From the IMG/VR virus record IMGVR_UViG_3300026263_000200: DNA of 64,000 bases; one strand, given 5' to 3'. The translations under genes were made by a program, and so were the position numbers. This DNA is from a virus. Of the stretch, positions 1 through 8,849 are shown piece by piece (within the stretch, counting starts at the first letter, position 1; every line of letters begins with the position of its first letter). Under the pieces are notes generated by a model that saw nothing but the letters and a program-made list of their open reading frames with translations, had not been told where the DNA came from and did no database searches.

Positions 1-141
1 ACTAACGCAATAACTATAACACCAGCAAATTTAAGAGGCGGAACAACCGTAACTTTAAATGCGCCAGGTGAAACAGTTACTTTATTATTTAAAAATTCAA
101 ATTGGAATGTAATCGCAGGTAACGGATACGTACTTGCATAA
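1..141 (+). CDS. C-terminal fragment of a beta-rich structural or fibre-like protein (partial)
   Basis: Frame 1 is open from the window start (TNAITITPANLRGGTTVTLNAPGETVTLLFKNSNWNVIAGNGYVLA) to TAA at 139-141. Confidence 0.55.
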   Translation, partial: TNAITITPANLRGGTTVTLNAPGETVTLLFKNSNWNVIAGNGYVLA

Positions 142-163
142 TATATTATAGAAGGAGATAATT

Positions 164-376
164 ATGGATATAAATTTGGAACAACTTACTTCGGAGAAAC
201 TTGGTCTACAAAAAGACTTTGAAACTTTAGGTAAGAATATAAAACAAGTTGAAACTGATTTGGGTCAGATGAAAGCAAATTTAAATGCAATCAATGGCGC
301 TATTCAACAAGTTAATAAGTTAATAGGAATGGCTGGTGGAGAACCAGTTAAGAAAGCAGATGATAAAAAAGTTTAA
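164..376 (+). CDS. small coiled-coil hypothetical protein
   Basis: RBS GAAGGAG upstream; heptad pattern. Confidence 0.7.
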   Translation: MDINLEQLTSEKLGLQKDFETLGKNIKQVETDLGQMKANLNAINGAIQQVNKLIGMAGGEPVKKADDKKV

Positions 377-488
377 GATTTTTTATGAAGATAAAGACTT
401 GGACGATTTTGAGGAAGAAGTAATCGCTGACTGTCCTGAAGAGGACACAGCAAAAGAAAAGGAAAAAACAAAAAATGAAAACGTTTAA
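360..488 (+). CDS. small acidic hypothetical protein (42 aa, not in the ORF track)
   Basis: MIKKFKIFYEDKDLDDFEEEVIADCPEE...; fills the gap between neighbours and overlaps both. Confidence 0.5.
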   Translation: MIKKFKIFYEDKDLDDFEEEVIADCPEEDTAKEKEKTKNENV

Positions 489-900
489 ACAACACATAAC
501 AGAAGACGGCAAGATGGCTGGAACAGCAACATCTAATGCAGTTGAAGATGGTAATTTAGGCGCTCATAACATTTCTGATCCAGAAGTATTAAATAGAGTT
601 AATGCTTTTGTAGGTTCTATTGCAGACGTAGAATTCATTAAACCACAACAAGCGGTAGATAGTTTGAGAGAAAAACTAAACCGTGTTGGTTTAACTGTTT
701 CTCCAGTTACAATGGAAGGAACATCAGGAAAAGTTAGTGCGAAAGTTAGTCAATTTGGTGGAAGATTTGGGAAAGATACCGACGGTTCGGATTTAAATGA
801 TGATGGAATATCACACAAAAAATCTGGCGGTCTAAATTTAGAAGTTAGTTATGAAACTTTAAAGAACGGTGCATCCAAGGTCTACGCTAAGTTAGTGTAG
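475..900 (+). CDS. hypothetical protein, possible capsid-internal protein
   Basis: N-terminus MKTFKQHITE resembles the T4 capsid-targeting sequence. Confidence 0.6.
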   Translation: MKTFKQHITEDGKMAGTATSNAVEDGNLGAHNISDPEVLNRVNAFVGSIADVEFIKPQQAVDSLREKLNRVGLTVSPVTMEGTSGKVSAKVSQFGGRFGKDTDGSDLNDDGISHKKSGGLNLEVSYETLKNGASKVYAKLV

Positions 901-905
901 GTCAA

Positions 906-1268
906 ATGTTTGAGAAAATAACCAAAGATAATTGGTTGCTTTTTGCTCAGCAAAATTATAGCAACCCTACATTGGAAACAAATGTAGAGTTTTTGGAAGA
1001 TATTAAAAGATTTAAATATCTTAAAAGGTTATTTCGCAAATATAAAACTACAGGTGAAGTTAAAATAAGATTAATTATTAATCACATTGTAGTATTACAA
1101 AATGTTTTTAGTGCAGATGTAGCGATAACTTTATTATTATTTAAGATAGATAGAGAATATTGGTCAGTATTAAAAACAGTATTGAACTATCTTAAATTAC
1201 TTTATCAACACGAACTAGGTGACGTTGATGAAGATGAAGATATAAAAGAAATGTTAAAGGAACTTTAA
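906..1268 (+). CDS. conserved T4-like phage hypothetical protein
   Basis: EDIKRFKYLKRLF...RLIINHIVVLQNVF motif recalled from marine T4-like phages. Confidence 0.65.
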   Translation: MFEKITKDNWLLFAQQNYSNPTLETNVEFLEDIKRFKYLKRLFRKYKTTGEVKIRLIINHIVVLQNVFSADVAITLLLFKIDREYWSVLKTVLNYLKLLYQHELGDVDEDEDIKEMLKEL

Positions 1269-1747
1269 TGGCTAATAGAGCAGTAGATATGTTAATAACT
1301 TACCGAGTAGTTAAACTATTGGTAACACCTTGGGAGAAGCAAGAAGCATTTAAACAAGGTATTATTGATAAGACAGGTAAAGTATTAAGACCTAATAAAA
1401 CATTAAAAACAAGTAAAGATAGGAAAGCATATACTTATTTACATAGATTTGTTTTTAATATGAAAAGACTATTTAAAAAAGTTGGATTGGGTAGTAGATT
1501 TGGTTCTTTTTTTGCTGCTATGGCAATGGTATTAAGGGAAGATAAACAGTTAATGATAAACAAAGACGCTATTGAAGCAGGTGTAGTTGAATATTTAAAA
1601 GAAACTAACCAATATGAAAATATGTTAAATGAAATAAGAGATATACCAGATATAGATGACGAACCAGTAATGACTTGTTTGGGTGTAGGTATCTATGAAC
1701 AAAATAAAAAATTAGTATCGGAGTATGAATATGCCAAAACATTATAA
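1268..1747 (+). CDS. conserved T4-like phage hypothetical protein
   Basis: YRVVKLLVTPWEKQEAFKQGIID...AYTYLHRFVFNMKR; coupled by TAATG. Confidence 0.65.
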   Translation: MANRAVDMLITYRVVKLLVTPWEKQEAFKQGIIDKTGKVLRPNKTLKTSKDRKAYTYLHRFVFNMKRLFKKVGLGSRFGSFFAAMAMVLREDKQLMINKDAIEAGVVEYLKETNQYENMLNEIRDIPDIDDEPVMTCLGVGIYEQNKKLVSEYEYAKTL

Positions 1748-2063
1748 AGATATGATGGATGAAATCATCAACAAGATTGATGAAGATGATAAAAAAGAAG
1801 TCAAAAAAGAAGACGCACCAGCAAATGCAGTAGCACACGGTGGTGTAGATATGAATCCAACTGGTAAGAAAAGAGTTATGGGTACTTTAAAAAGAAAAGT
1901 ACAAGAGAGTGATGATAACAACAATGTTGTATTGAAAGGTGTTTTTAAGGTACTAAATAAACTTGAAGATAAGATTGATGAAATAAGTGGAGTTGTAAAA
2001 GAAGAATTAAAAATTGAAACACCTAAAAGAAAAAAGACTATTAAAGAAAAAGCTAGAGTATGA
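1725..2063 (+). CDS. hypothetical protein (EDAPAN motif)
   Basis: ORF track; overlaps neighbours. Confidence 0.6.
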   Translation: MNMPKHYKDMMDEIINKIDEDDKKEVKKEDAPANAVAHGGVDMNPTGKKRVMGTLKRKVQESDDNNNVVLKGVFKVLNKLEDKIDEISGVVKEELKIETPKRKKTIKEKARV

Positions 2064-2353
2064 AAAGTTTTAAAGAATTTATAGGTACAACAGGAGTTAG
2101 AATAGGAAACTATTCAAATGTACAACCTATAGCAAGTTTAGGTGATGTACCACCTAAAAAAAGAGCAGGTGGTAAAAATGTTAGAGGTGTAGGATTACAC
2201 GCAGGTTATACAACATCAACTAATCAAAGACCATTTTTATCTGCTGATCCAAGAGTAGAACCAAAGACTAAAAAGAAAGAAAATACTATGGGTGGTATGG
2301 TTCACGTAAGAGGTGCCCAACCAACTGCTAGTATGAGAACAAGGAAAAAATAA
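2060..2353 (+). CDS. basic hypothetical protein, possible capsid-internal protein
   Basis: N-terminus MKSFKEFIG; Lys/Arg-rich. Confidence 0.6.
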   Translation: MKSFKEFIGTTGVRIGNYSNVQPIASLGDVPPKKRAGGKNVRGVGLHAGYTTSTNQRPFLSADPRVEPKTKKKENTMGGMVHVRGAQPTASMRTRKK

Positions 2354-2935
2354 ATGGAACTAATAATAAGTTTAGCAATAAAGTTTTGGATGTGGTCTAT
2401 AGTAATTTTAGTTATTATAGTAGGACTAATTATCAATTTATTTGATAAGAAGAAACCTAAATGTCATAACTTTAGTTATAAAAAAATGCCAGTAATGAGA
2501 GCTCTACCTATACGAACAAAAGGTAAAGGTTTCTTTAAGGGTATCTTAATGTGGATTCTCACTACAAGAAATTGGGAAATCGCAGAAGATTTTGACTACG
2601 AAATTAATGACGTTAAATACGTTATACCAGCAGGTTTTAAATTTGATGGTGCAAGTATACCAAAATTCTTGCATACATTTTTATCACCAGTTGGAGTACT
2701 TTTAATGGGTGGATTGGTACACGATTATGCTTATAAGTATCAGACACTATTAAAAATCAATAAGGCAGATACCCTAGGTGTTATATCTCAAAAAAGAGCA
2801 GACGAAATCTTTAGAGATATTAATATCGGAGTAAATGGTTTCTATCTTATGAACTACTTAGCATACTGGTCGTTAAGACTAGGTGGTTTTCTTGCGTGGA
2901 ACAAACACAGGAAAGTTAACGCTAAGATTAAGTAA
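2354..2935 (+). CDS. DUF1353-family membrane-anchored protein
   Basis: IPAGFKFDGASIP, VHDYAY and ADEIF motifs; N-terminal TM. Confidence 0.8.
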   Translation: MELIISLAIKFWMWSIVILVIIVGLIINLFDKKKPKCHNFSYKKMPVMRALPIRTKGKGFFKGILMWILTTRNWEIAEDFDYEINDVKYVIPAGFKFDGASIPKFLHTFLSPVGVLLMGGLVHDYAYKYQTLLKINKADTLGVISQKRADEIFRDINIGVNGFYLMNYLAYWSLRLGGFLAWNKHRKVNAKIK

Positions 2936-2952
2936 AAAAGGAGAAAAAATAA

Positions 2953-3111
2953 ATGGAGTTTATTACAGGAAGAATTAAAGAACTAACATCTTTACACGGT
3001 GGAGTATTAATCGGTTTAGGTGTTGTGGTTTTATTTTTTAGTCCACTAGCTAAAATTGCTGCTTGGGCAGCGATTGCTTACGGCGCTTGGGCTATATTAA
3101 AGAAGGACTAA
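2953..3111 (+). CDS. small two-TM protein, holin candidate (52 aa, not in the ORF track)
   Basis: RBS AAGGAG; MEFITGRIKELTSLHGGVLIGLGVVVLFFSPLAKIAAWAAIAYGAWAILKKD. Confidence 0.55.
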   Translation: MEFITGRIKELTSLHGGVLIGLGVVVLFFSPLAKIAAWAAIAYGAWAILKKD

Positions 3112-3115
3112 AACA

Positions 3116-3592
3116 ATGTTTGGCACAATGAAAATGGTTATGGTTGTAATAATGATAGGCGGACTTGCTGGAGCAGGTATGTATGTTATGAAATTACGAT
3201 CCGATAATGCTATTTTAAAAGCCAATCAAATTAAACTTGAAGAAGCGGTGAGTTCCCAAAAGGAACTCATTGCTAAACAGCAAGCAGACTTCAAAGAAAT
3301 TTTAGAAGCAAATAAAAAATTTAACGAATTAGTTACCGCTCTTAAAAAAGATATAGATGATTTAGATAATAGATTTAACAAAGGTGGAAGAGATTTTGGT
3401 AAACTTGCAATAGAAAAAACAGAAGCAATTGAAAGAATAATTAATGGCGCAAGTGATAAAGCATTAAGATGTGTTGAGATAGCAGGTGGGGCACCACTTA
3501 CTGAACAAGAACTTAACGCAACTGTAAAATCAGAAATCAATAGAGAGTGTCCGAGTATCGCTAACCCGAATTATGTACCGTATAATAATTAG
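3116..3592 (+). CDS. putative inner-membrane spanin (i-spanin)
   Basis: N-terminal TM, long coiled coil, C-terminal Cys; overlaps a downstream lipoprotein gene. Confidence 0.6.
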   Translation: MFGTMKMVMVVIMIGGLAGAGMYVMKLRSDNAILKANQIKLEEAVSSQKELIAKQQADFKEILEANKKFNELVTALKKDIDDLDNRFNKGGRDFGKLAIEKTEAIERIINGASDKALRCVEIAGGAPLTEQELNATVKSEINRECPSIANPNYVPYNN

Positions 3593-3941
3593 TATATTAG
3601 TAGTATTGTTTTTAACAAGTTGCTCAGGTGTTAAAAAGTTAAGTATCTTCAAAGAAGAAGTACCTAGACAGAAATTAGATTTAGTTAAACCTACTATGCC
3701 TGAACTAGAAAAGTTGAAATGGATTATTATTACTTCTGATAATGCAGAAGAAGTATTCCAAAAGATGGAAGCAGCAGGACTTGATCCAGTAATATTTGGT
3801 TTAAGTGATAAAGACTTCCAATTAATCGCAAAAAACTTTGCTCAAATAAGAGCACACTTGAAACACACTAATGATTTACTTGACCAATATAAAGAGTATT
3901 ATGAACCAGACGATAAGAAAAATGAAAAGGAGAAAGAGTAA
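3573..3941 (+). CDS. putative outer-membrane spanin lipoprotein (o-spanin)
   Basis: Lipobox FLTSC; Pro-containing linker; 20-nt overlap with the i-spanin candidate. Confidence 0.6.
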   Translation: MYRIIISILVVLFLTSCSGVKKLSIFKEEVPRQKLDLVKPTMPELEKLKWIIITSDNAEEVFQKMEAAGLDPVIFGLSDKDFQLIAKNFAQIRAHLKHTNDLLDQYKEYYEPDDKKNEKEKE

Positions 3942-4132
3942 TGTTTACATTTACAAGTCATAGATATGACACAAAACTAAAGAAAAAAGTTGACGAAAAG
4001 GTTAAAGCTCAAAAAATTTTAAGACCAGGACAGGAAAGTATTACAATTGTAAAACCTAAAGCGGCAGAATTATCTACTGAAGAAAAAATTGTAGAAAAGG
4101 TTAAGCCATTAATTACTACAGATAAAAAATAA
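3941..4132 (+). CDS. small basic hypothetical protein
   Basis: ORF track; TAATG coupling. Confidence 0.55.
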   Translation: MFTFTSHRYDTKLKKKVDEKVKAQKILRPGQESITIVKPKAAELSTEEKIVEKVKPLITTDKK

Positions 4133-4133
4133 A

Positions 4134-4271
4134 ATGGAAAATTGTAAGAACTGTAGTCACGAAGCACATTGTCCAGAAACTTGTTTTAAATGTGATTGTA
4201 AAAAATGTGATTGTTCAATTTGTGAGAAACCAAGACCTAATGTAAAAACAGGAGATGAAATAGTACAGTAA
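4134..4271 (+). CDS. Cys-rich metallothionein-like peptide (45 aa, not in the ORF track)
   Basis: MENCKNCSHEAHCPETCFKCDCKKCDCSICEKPRPNVKTGDEIVQ: 9 Cys and 2 His. Confidence 0.55.
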   Translation: MENCKNCSHEAHCPETCFKCDCKKCDCSICEKPRPNVKTGDEIVQ

Positions 4272-4435
4272 TGGATAGTGAAGCAGTATTAATGTTGAGT
4301 AGATTGTGGCCAATGCTAGTAGCATTTATATTATTAATAGTTACTTTAGCACAATCACACTATAGAATTAAAGTGTTGGAAGAGAAAATTAAAGTAGCAT
4401 TTGAACTTATTAATAAGTTAACAGACAAAAAATGA
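4271..4435 (+). CDS. small single-TM protein (54 aa)
   Basis: MDSEAVLMLSRLWPMLVAFILLIVTLAQSHYRIKVLEEK...; TAATG coupling. Confidence 0.55.
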   Translation: MDSEAVLMLSRLWPMLVAFILLIVTLAQSHYRIKVLEEKIKVAFELINKLTDKK

Positions 4436-4510
4436 ACACAATATATACCTTAGCAGGTGTTGTTGCAGTACTAACAATTGTTATAGTTATAAGTATTTTT
4501 ATAATTGTTT

Positions 4511-6139
4511 CTATTTAATAGAATAACAATTAATCTTTTCTTTTTTACCTTTAACAGTACAAATACCTAGTTTATAAAACTTAAAGTCTAAATCTTTTTT
4601 AGTATTTTGAGATATTACTATTGTAGTATTGAAATCTTTACTCTTACCTTCCAATCTACTTGCCAAATTAACAGCGTCACCAATAACAGAATAATCAAAA
4701 CGTTGTTCAGACCCCATATTACCTACAAGACACTCGCCAGTATTGATACCTATACCAATGTTTAAAGGTGGGTCAAACTCTCTACTCTTATTCATCTCCT
4801 TAACTGCTCTTCTCATTTGAAATGCAGATAGTACTGCTAGTTTTTTGTGTTCTGGATTATCAAGTGGTGCATTCCAAAATGCCATTATACAATCACCCAT
4901 ATACTTATCAATAGTACCACCATTTTTTAATATTATCCCCGTCATTGCAGTTAAAAATTTGTTAACATATCTGGTAAGTTTTTCTGGATTACCTTTCATA
5001 GATTCCGATATAGGAGTAAAGCCACGTATATCAGAAAATAAAAACGTCATTTCTTTTCTTTCACCACCAAGTTTTAATAGAGATGGATTGTTTTGTAGTT
5101 TCTTAACCATATCTGGAGATAGATAGTGTTCAAATTGTTTTTTAATTTGTAGTCTTAATTTATTTTCTTTTGAATAGTTATTGTATGTTAACTGACCCCA
5201 TATAATAGAACCTATTACAAGAGGACTAAACCAATCAGTTATGATTAAGTGTTGCGTCCATAGATAAGAACTTGCAAGTGTTAAATCAAATAAGTATCCA
5301 CCAAACCATATCGCAGACCACATCACACCACATCTAGGTATAACTATGAGAAAGAATAGAGTACCTAATAATATAAAACCAAATTCAGCATATGGTAACC
5401 AATAAGGTCTACTAATAAAATTACCTGACAATAAAGTTTCTGTACTGATTGCCATAATTTCGTGTGTGTTTTTTAAACCATTAGGAGTAGTTACAAACGT
5501 AGAACCTTTGAACGTAGTACCTATGAAAACTATTTTACCTTTTACAGACGACCAATCTTTATCAGTAAAATCTATTCTAGGAATATGGTGTCTGAAATCT
5601 ATCCAAATAGTATCTTCTGCTGATGTTTTTGCATTGATAACTTTTAAGATAACTTCAGGTATAGAATTATCAAGAGGTAATTTTCTTATAGTGCCATCTA
5701 TATCAACTGGCACACTTACGTTGCCTATTGCTATTGCTTTACGTGAGATACTTTGTAGATTTTTTACTTCATCCGTTTCAGTAAGTATGACTGGATATTT
5801 TGAAATCATTTTTAAAAACATTTCATCACCACCTAATCTATCTTTATGTGGGAAGACTACTTGAAGAACTACTAGAGCGGCACCATTTTTATAAGCATTA
5901 ATTATGACACGACCAAGTAAATCTCTCTTCCACGGCCATTGCCCATTCTTTTTTAATGCTTTGTCTGATATGTCTACTAGGACTAAACTCTTTGATTCAT
6001 AATTTGTACCAAATTTTTGGTAGAAATCAAAGGTGTTTAGTTTTGCTGTTTGTAGTAGTACTGGATTTGATAAGTATATTCCAAGTAATATAATCAAAGT
6101 CAAATATACAGTCCACGATTTAGCCAATATTTTAATCAT
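4511..6139 (-). CDS. CHASE2-domain class III adenylate cyclase
   Basis: CHASE2 motifs (VDISDKALKKNGQWPWKR, DIDGTIR, GKIVFIG); three TMs; intact cyclase motifs FSDIRGFT, DKYMGDCIMAFW, GINTG, DYSVIGDAVNLASRLEG. Confidence 0.93.
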   Translation of the reverse strand: MIKILAKSWTVYLTLIILLGIYLSNPVLLQTAKLNTFDFYQKFGTNYESKSLVLVDISDKALKKNGQWPWKRDLLGRVIINAYKNGAALVVLQVVFPHKDRLGGDEMFLKMISKYPVILTETDEVKNLQSISRKAIAIGNVSVPVDIDGTIRKLPLDNSIPEVILKVINAKTSAEDTIWIDFRHHIPRIDFTDKDWSSVKGKIVFIGTTFKGSTFVTTPNGLKNTHEIMAISTETLLSGNFISRPYWLPYAEFGFILLGTLFFLIVIPRCGVMWSAIWFGGYLFDLTLASSYLWTQHLIITDWFSPLVIGSIIWGQLTYNNYSKENKLRLQIKKQFEHYLSPDMVKKLQNNPSLLKLGGERKEMTFLFSDIRGFTPISESMKGNPEKLTRYVNKFLTAMTGIILKNGGTIDKYMGDCIMAFWNAPLDNPEHKKLAVLSAFQMRRAVKEMNKSREFDPPLNIGIGINTGECLVGNMGSEQRFDYSVIGDAVNLASRLEGKSKDFNTTIVISQNTKKDLDFKFYKLGICTVKGKKEKINCYSIK

Positions 6140-6145
6140 CTAGTA

Positions 6146-6153
6146 TATTTAGT
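6146..6153 (-). promoter_or_regulatory. T4-type late promoter variant (ACTAAATA) for the cyclase
   Basis: Reverse complement of TATTTAGT; 6 nt upstream of the cyclase ATG. Confidence 0.5.
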
Positions 6154-6163
6154 ACAGATATTT

Positions 6164-6171
6164 TATAAATA
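6164..6171 (+). promoter_or_regulatory. T4 late promoter TATAAATA for the csgF-csgG operon
   Basis: Exact consensus 23 nt upstream of the csgF start. Confidence 0.75.
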
Positions 6172-6194
6172 TATACATCAACGAGAGAGAGAAA

Positions 6195-6653
6195 ATGAGA
6201 TTAATTACCATTATTTTAACAGTATTATTGTTAGGTTCTAGTGCTTATGCAAGTGAATTAGGATTTAAATTCCATAGTCCATCATTTTCTGGTAATGGAA
6301 AGTCATCACACTATCTAACGATAGAGAACATAGAGAAAACTAGAAAAGACGCTATAAAAGCAGCAAATAAAGCGGCGGCAGATAAAGCGGCGGCAGATGC
6401 TAAATCAACATCTATAGCAAAATTCAAAGCAAATATAGAGTCAAGATTTTATACTGCTCTTGCAAAACAAATTACAGACAATGTATTTGGTACTGATGGT
6501 CTTCAACAAGACTCAGGTACATTTACAAATCCAGTTGGTGGAGAAACAGTTGAGTGGACAACACCATCAGGTACAGGTAATGTCGTAGTAACTGTCACGG
6601 AGTCCGATGGAACTGTAACGACATTTACAATGCCTAAAGAGGACAATTCGTAA
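6195..6653 (+). CDS. csgF: curli assembly protein CsgF-like
   Basis: Signal peptide, then ELGFKFHSPSFSGNG resembling the CsgF N-terminal FxFxNPxFGG; directly upstream of csgG. Confidence 0.8.
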   Translation: MRLITIILTVLLLGSSAYASELGFKFHSPSFSGNGKSSHYLTIENIEKTRKDAIKAANKAAADKAAADAKSTSIAKFKANIESRFYTALAKQITDNVFGTDGLQQDSGTFTNPVGGETVEWTTPSGTGNVVVTVTESDGTVTTFTMPKEDNS

Positions 6654-7807
6654 TGTTTAAATACATAAGTATATTTTTACTAACATTATTGTTAGTTGGA
6701 TGTGCAGGTAAACCAAAGTTTGATATAAGAACTCAAACAGTTGCTTATAAAGACTTGTCAGTTATATCAGCACCGAAAGGTGAACCAATTATAATTGCTG
6801 TCTATGACTTTTTAGATATGACAGGACAAAAGAAACCTGGTGGCAACTTTGCGTCTATGAGTACAGCAGTAACTCAAGGTTCATATCAGTTGTTGATTAA
6901 AGCATTACAAGACGCAGGCGAAGGCAAATGGTTTAGAGTAGTAGAACGAGCAAGTTTACCAAGTCTATTACAAGAAAGAAAATTAATACGTTCTACAAGA
7001 CAACAAGTTAATGGAGAAGGTGCAGAACCATTACCACCATTACTATTTGCAGGTGCATATATAACAGGTGGTATTGTAGGATATGATAGTGATATTAAAT
7101 CAGGTGGTTTAGGTGCTAGAATATTAGGTATTCAAAGCAACAAACAATTTAGACAAGATATAGTTACTATTATATTAAGACTAGTCAATGTACAAACTGG
7201 TGAAGTTGTACTATCAACAACAGTTGAAAAGACTATTGTATCAACAATGACTGGTGGAGATATATTCAAGTACTTTGATACTGATACAATGTTATTAGAA
7301 GTTGAAGCAGGATATGCTAAGAACGAACCAGTTACACTTGCAGTTAGAAAAGCAATTGAAAAAGGTGTAGTTGATGTTATTAATTTAGGTGCAAATAAAG
7401 GACTATGGGAGTTTGCTGTTGAAATAGTACCAACAAAAGATTTAAAAGTAGTACAAGATGATATTACAGTTGATATGGGCGAAGTAATGCCAGAAAAAAC
7501 TTATGAAGACTTTAAGAAAGAAAAGAAAGCTAGAAAAGAATTAAAGAAAGCACAAAAACTTGAAGTAAAAAATTATAATAAAGCAAATGGAACAAAGTTT
7601 AAAACTTGGGACGAATATCAAGCACATTTAGAACATTTAGCGGCACTTGAAGCTAAAGAAATAGAAAAAGAAGAACGTAAGAACGGTATACAAGATAAAA
7701 TAACAGAAGAAGAAGAGTGGAACCAAGTAGACGAAACAGTAGAGGAGAACAAGTCAGATGAAAAAGATAGTAATGGCAATAGTGATTCTTCTAGCGACAA
7801 CAATTAA
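6653..7807 (+). CDS. csgG: curli secretion channel CsgG lipoprotein with a charged C-terminal extension
   Basis: Lipobox LVGC; AVYDFLDMTGQKKP, STAVTQG, WFRVVER, LLQERKLIRSTR, GGIVGYD, NEPVTLAVRKAIE. Confidence 0.93.
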   Translation: MFKYISIFLLTLLLVGCAGKPKFDIRTQTVAYKDLSVISAPKGEPIIIAVYDFLDMTGQKKPGGNFASMSTAVTQGSYQLLIKALQDAGEGKWFRVVERASLPSLLQERKLIRSTRQQVNGEGAEPLPPLLFAGAYITGGIVGYDSDIKSGGLGARILGIQSNKQFRQDIVTIILRLVNVQTGEVVLSTTVEKTIVSTMTGGDIFKYFDTDTMLLEVEAGYAKNEPVTLAVRKAIEKGVVDVINLGANKGLWEFAVEIVPTKDLKVVQDDITVDMGEVMPEKTYEDFKKEKKARKELKKAQKLEVKNYNKANGTKFKTWDEYQAHLEHLAALEAKEIEKEERKNGIQDKITEEEEWNQVDETVEENKSDEKDSNGNSDSSSDNN

Positions 7808-8849
7808 TTGTTTCGCAGGTAATTCAGTTTATATCCAACAAGATAATCAAGACAGCGACGGATCAATCTTTATAAAACAAGATGGTTCAGGTAATACTTT
7901 TGGGTATTCAACATCATATCCATTTAAAGTAAGTGGAGAGAACATCACAATCGTTATAAAACAAATAGGTGATAATAATAAAACAGATTATTCAAATCAC
8001 TTGACTTTTTATGGTGAGGATATGACTTTAGATTATACAGCAACTGGTGATGGTAATAAATTAAGAATAGATAGTGATGATACGGATGCTACTGGACATT
8101 ATTTAGACCACGATATTACAGGTGATTCAAATGTAGTAGATTATGATACCTGGGGAGATGATTCAACAAATTTCAATGTTGATTTAGATATTACTGGAGA
8201 CTCAAATACATTTTGGGTACAGAATAGAGGAGATAATCACTTCTTATATGTTCTTATATCAGGTGATAGTAATACCGTAGAGTGGTATAGTACAACAGAT
8301 TCAGTAGGGTTTAATACAAACTCTAACAAGGCAATTGGTCCACAATCAACATCACACGGACAGTTTGCAGACAGTTCAGGTAGTGAAGGTGCAAGTGCAG
8401 ACATTTATATTATTGGTAACTCAAATGTAATACATACTTCAACATATGGTACAGGTAACTATCAACTACACGACATTATAGGTTCTTCAAACCTTTTAGA
8501 TATACACTCTAGTTACACTGGTTCTGATACAGACCCATATGGAGACTCAATGATTATATCAGGCGATAGTAATTATTTAAGGACTTATATATCTGGTGAT
8601 AGTAATACAATAAGATTACATATGGCAGGTGGAAATAATACTGCTAAAATTTATCTTTATACAGATAGTTCAGTAATAAACTTTGCTCAAACAGGTGGTG
8701 GCAACACAGGTCAAGTTACTATATCAGGTGATTCAATTTACGATTACACATTAAACTTTTCACAAAATGGATCCGATAATTGTACATATTCGTACAACAG
8801 AAACAATCAAACAGCAGATGTAACTGCTACAGTATCAAACGGATGTTAA
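7758..8849 (+). CDS. secreted curlin-like (CsgA/CsgB-like) beta-solenoid repeat protein
   Basis: Signal peptide; many repeats of type IxQxGxxN / ITGDSN / ISGDSN / QTGGGN. Confidence 0.7.
   Translation: MKKIVMAIVILLATTINCFAGNSVYIQQDNQDSDGSIFIKQDGSGNTFGYSTSYPFKVSGENITIVIKQIGDNNKTDYSNHLTFYGEDMTLDYTATGDGNKLRIDSDDTDATGHYLDHDITGDSNVVDYDTWGDDSTNFNVDLDITGDSNTFWVQNRGDNHFLYVLISGDSNTVEWYSTTDSVGFNTNSNKAIGPQSTSHGQFADSSGSEGASADIYIIGNSNVIHTSTYGTGNYQLHDIIGSSNLLDIHSSYTGSDTDPYGDSMIISGDSNYLRTYISGDSNTIRLHMAGGNNTAKIYLYTDSSVINFAQTGGGNTGQVTISGDSIYDYTLNFSQNGSDNCTYSYNRNNQTADVTATVSNGC

Noticed and set aside
6368-6398. 15-nt tandem repeat in csgF (KAAAD x2)
   Set aside because: A simple low-complexity helical linker; no evidence of a separate function.
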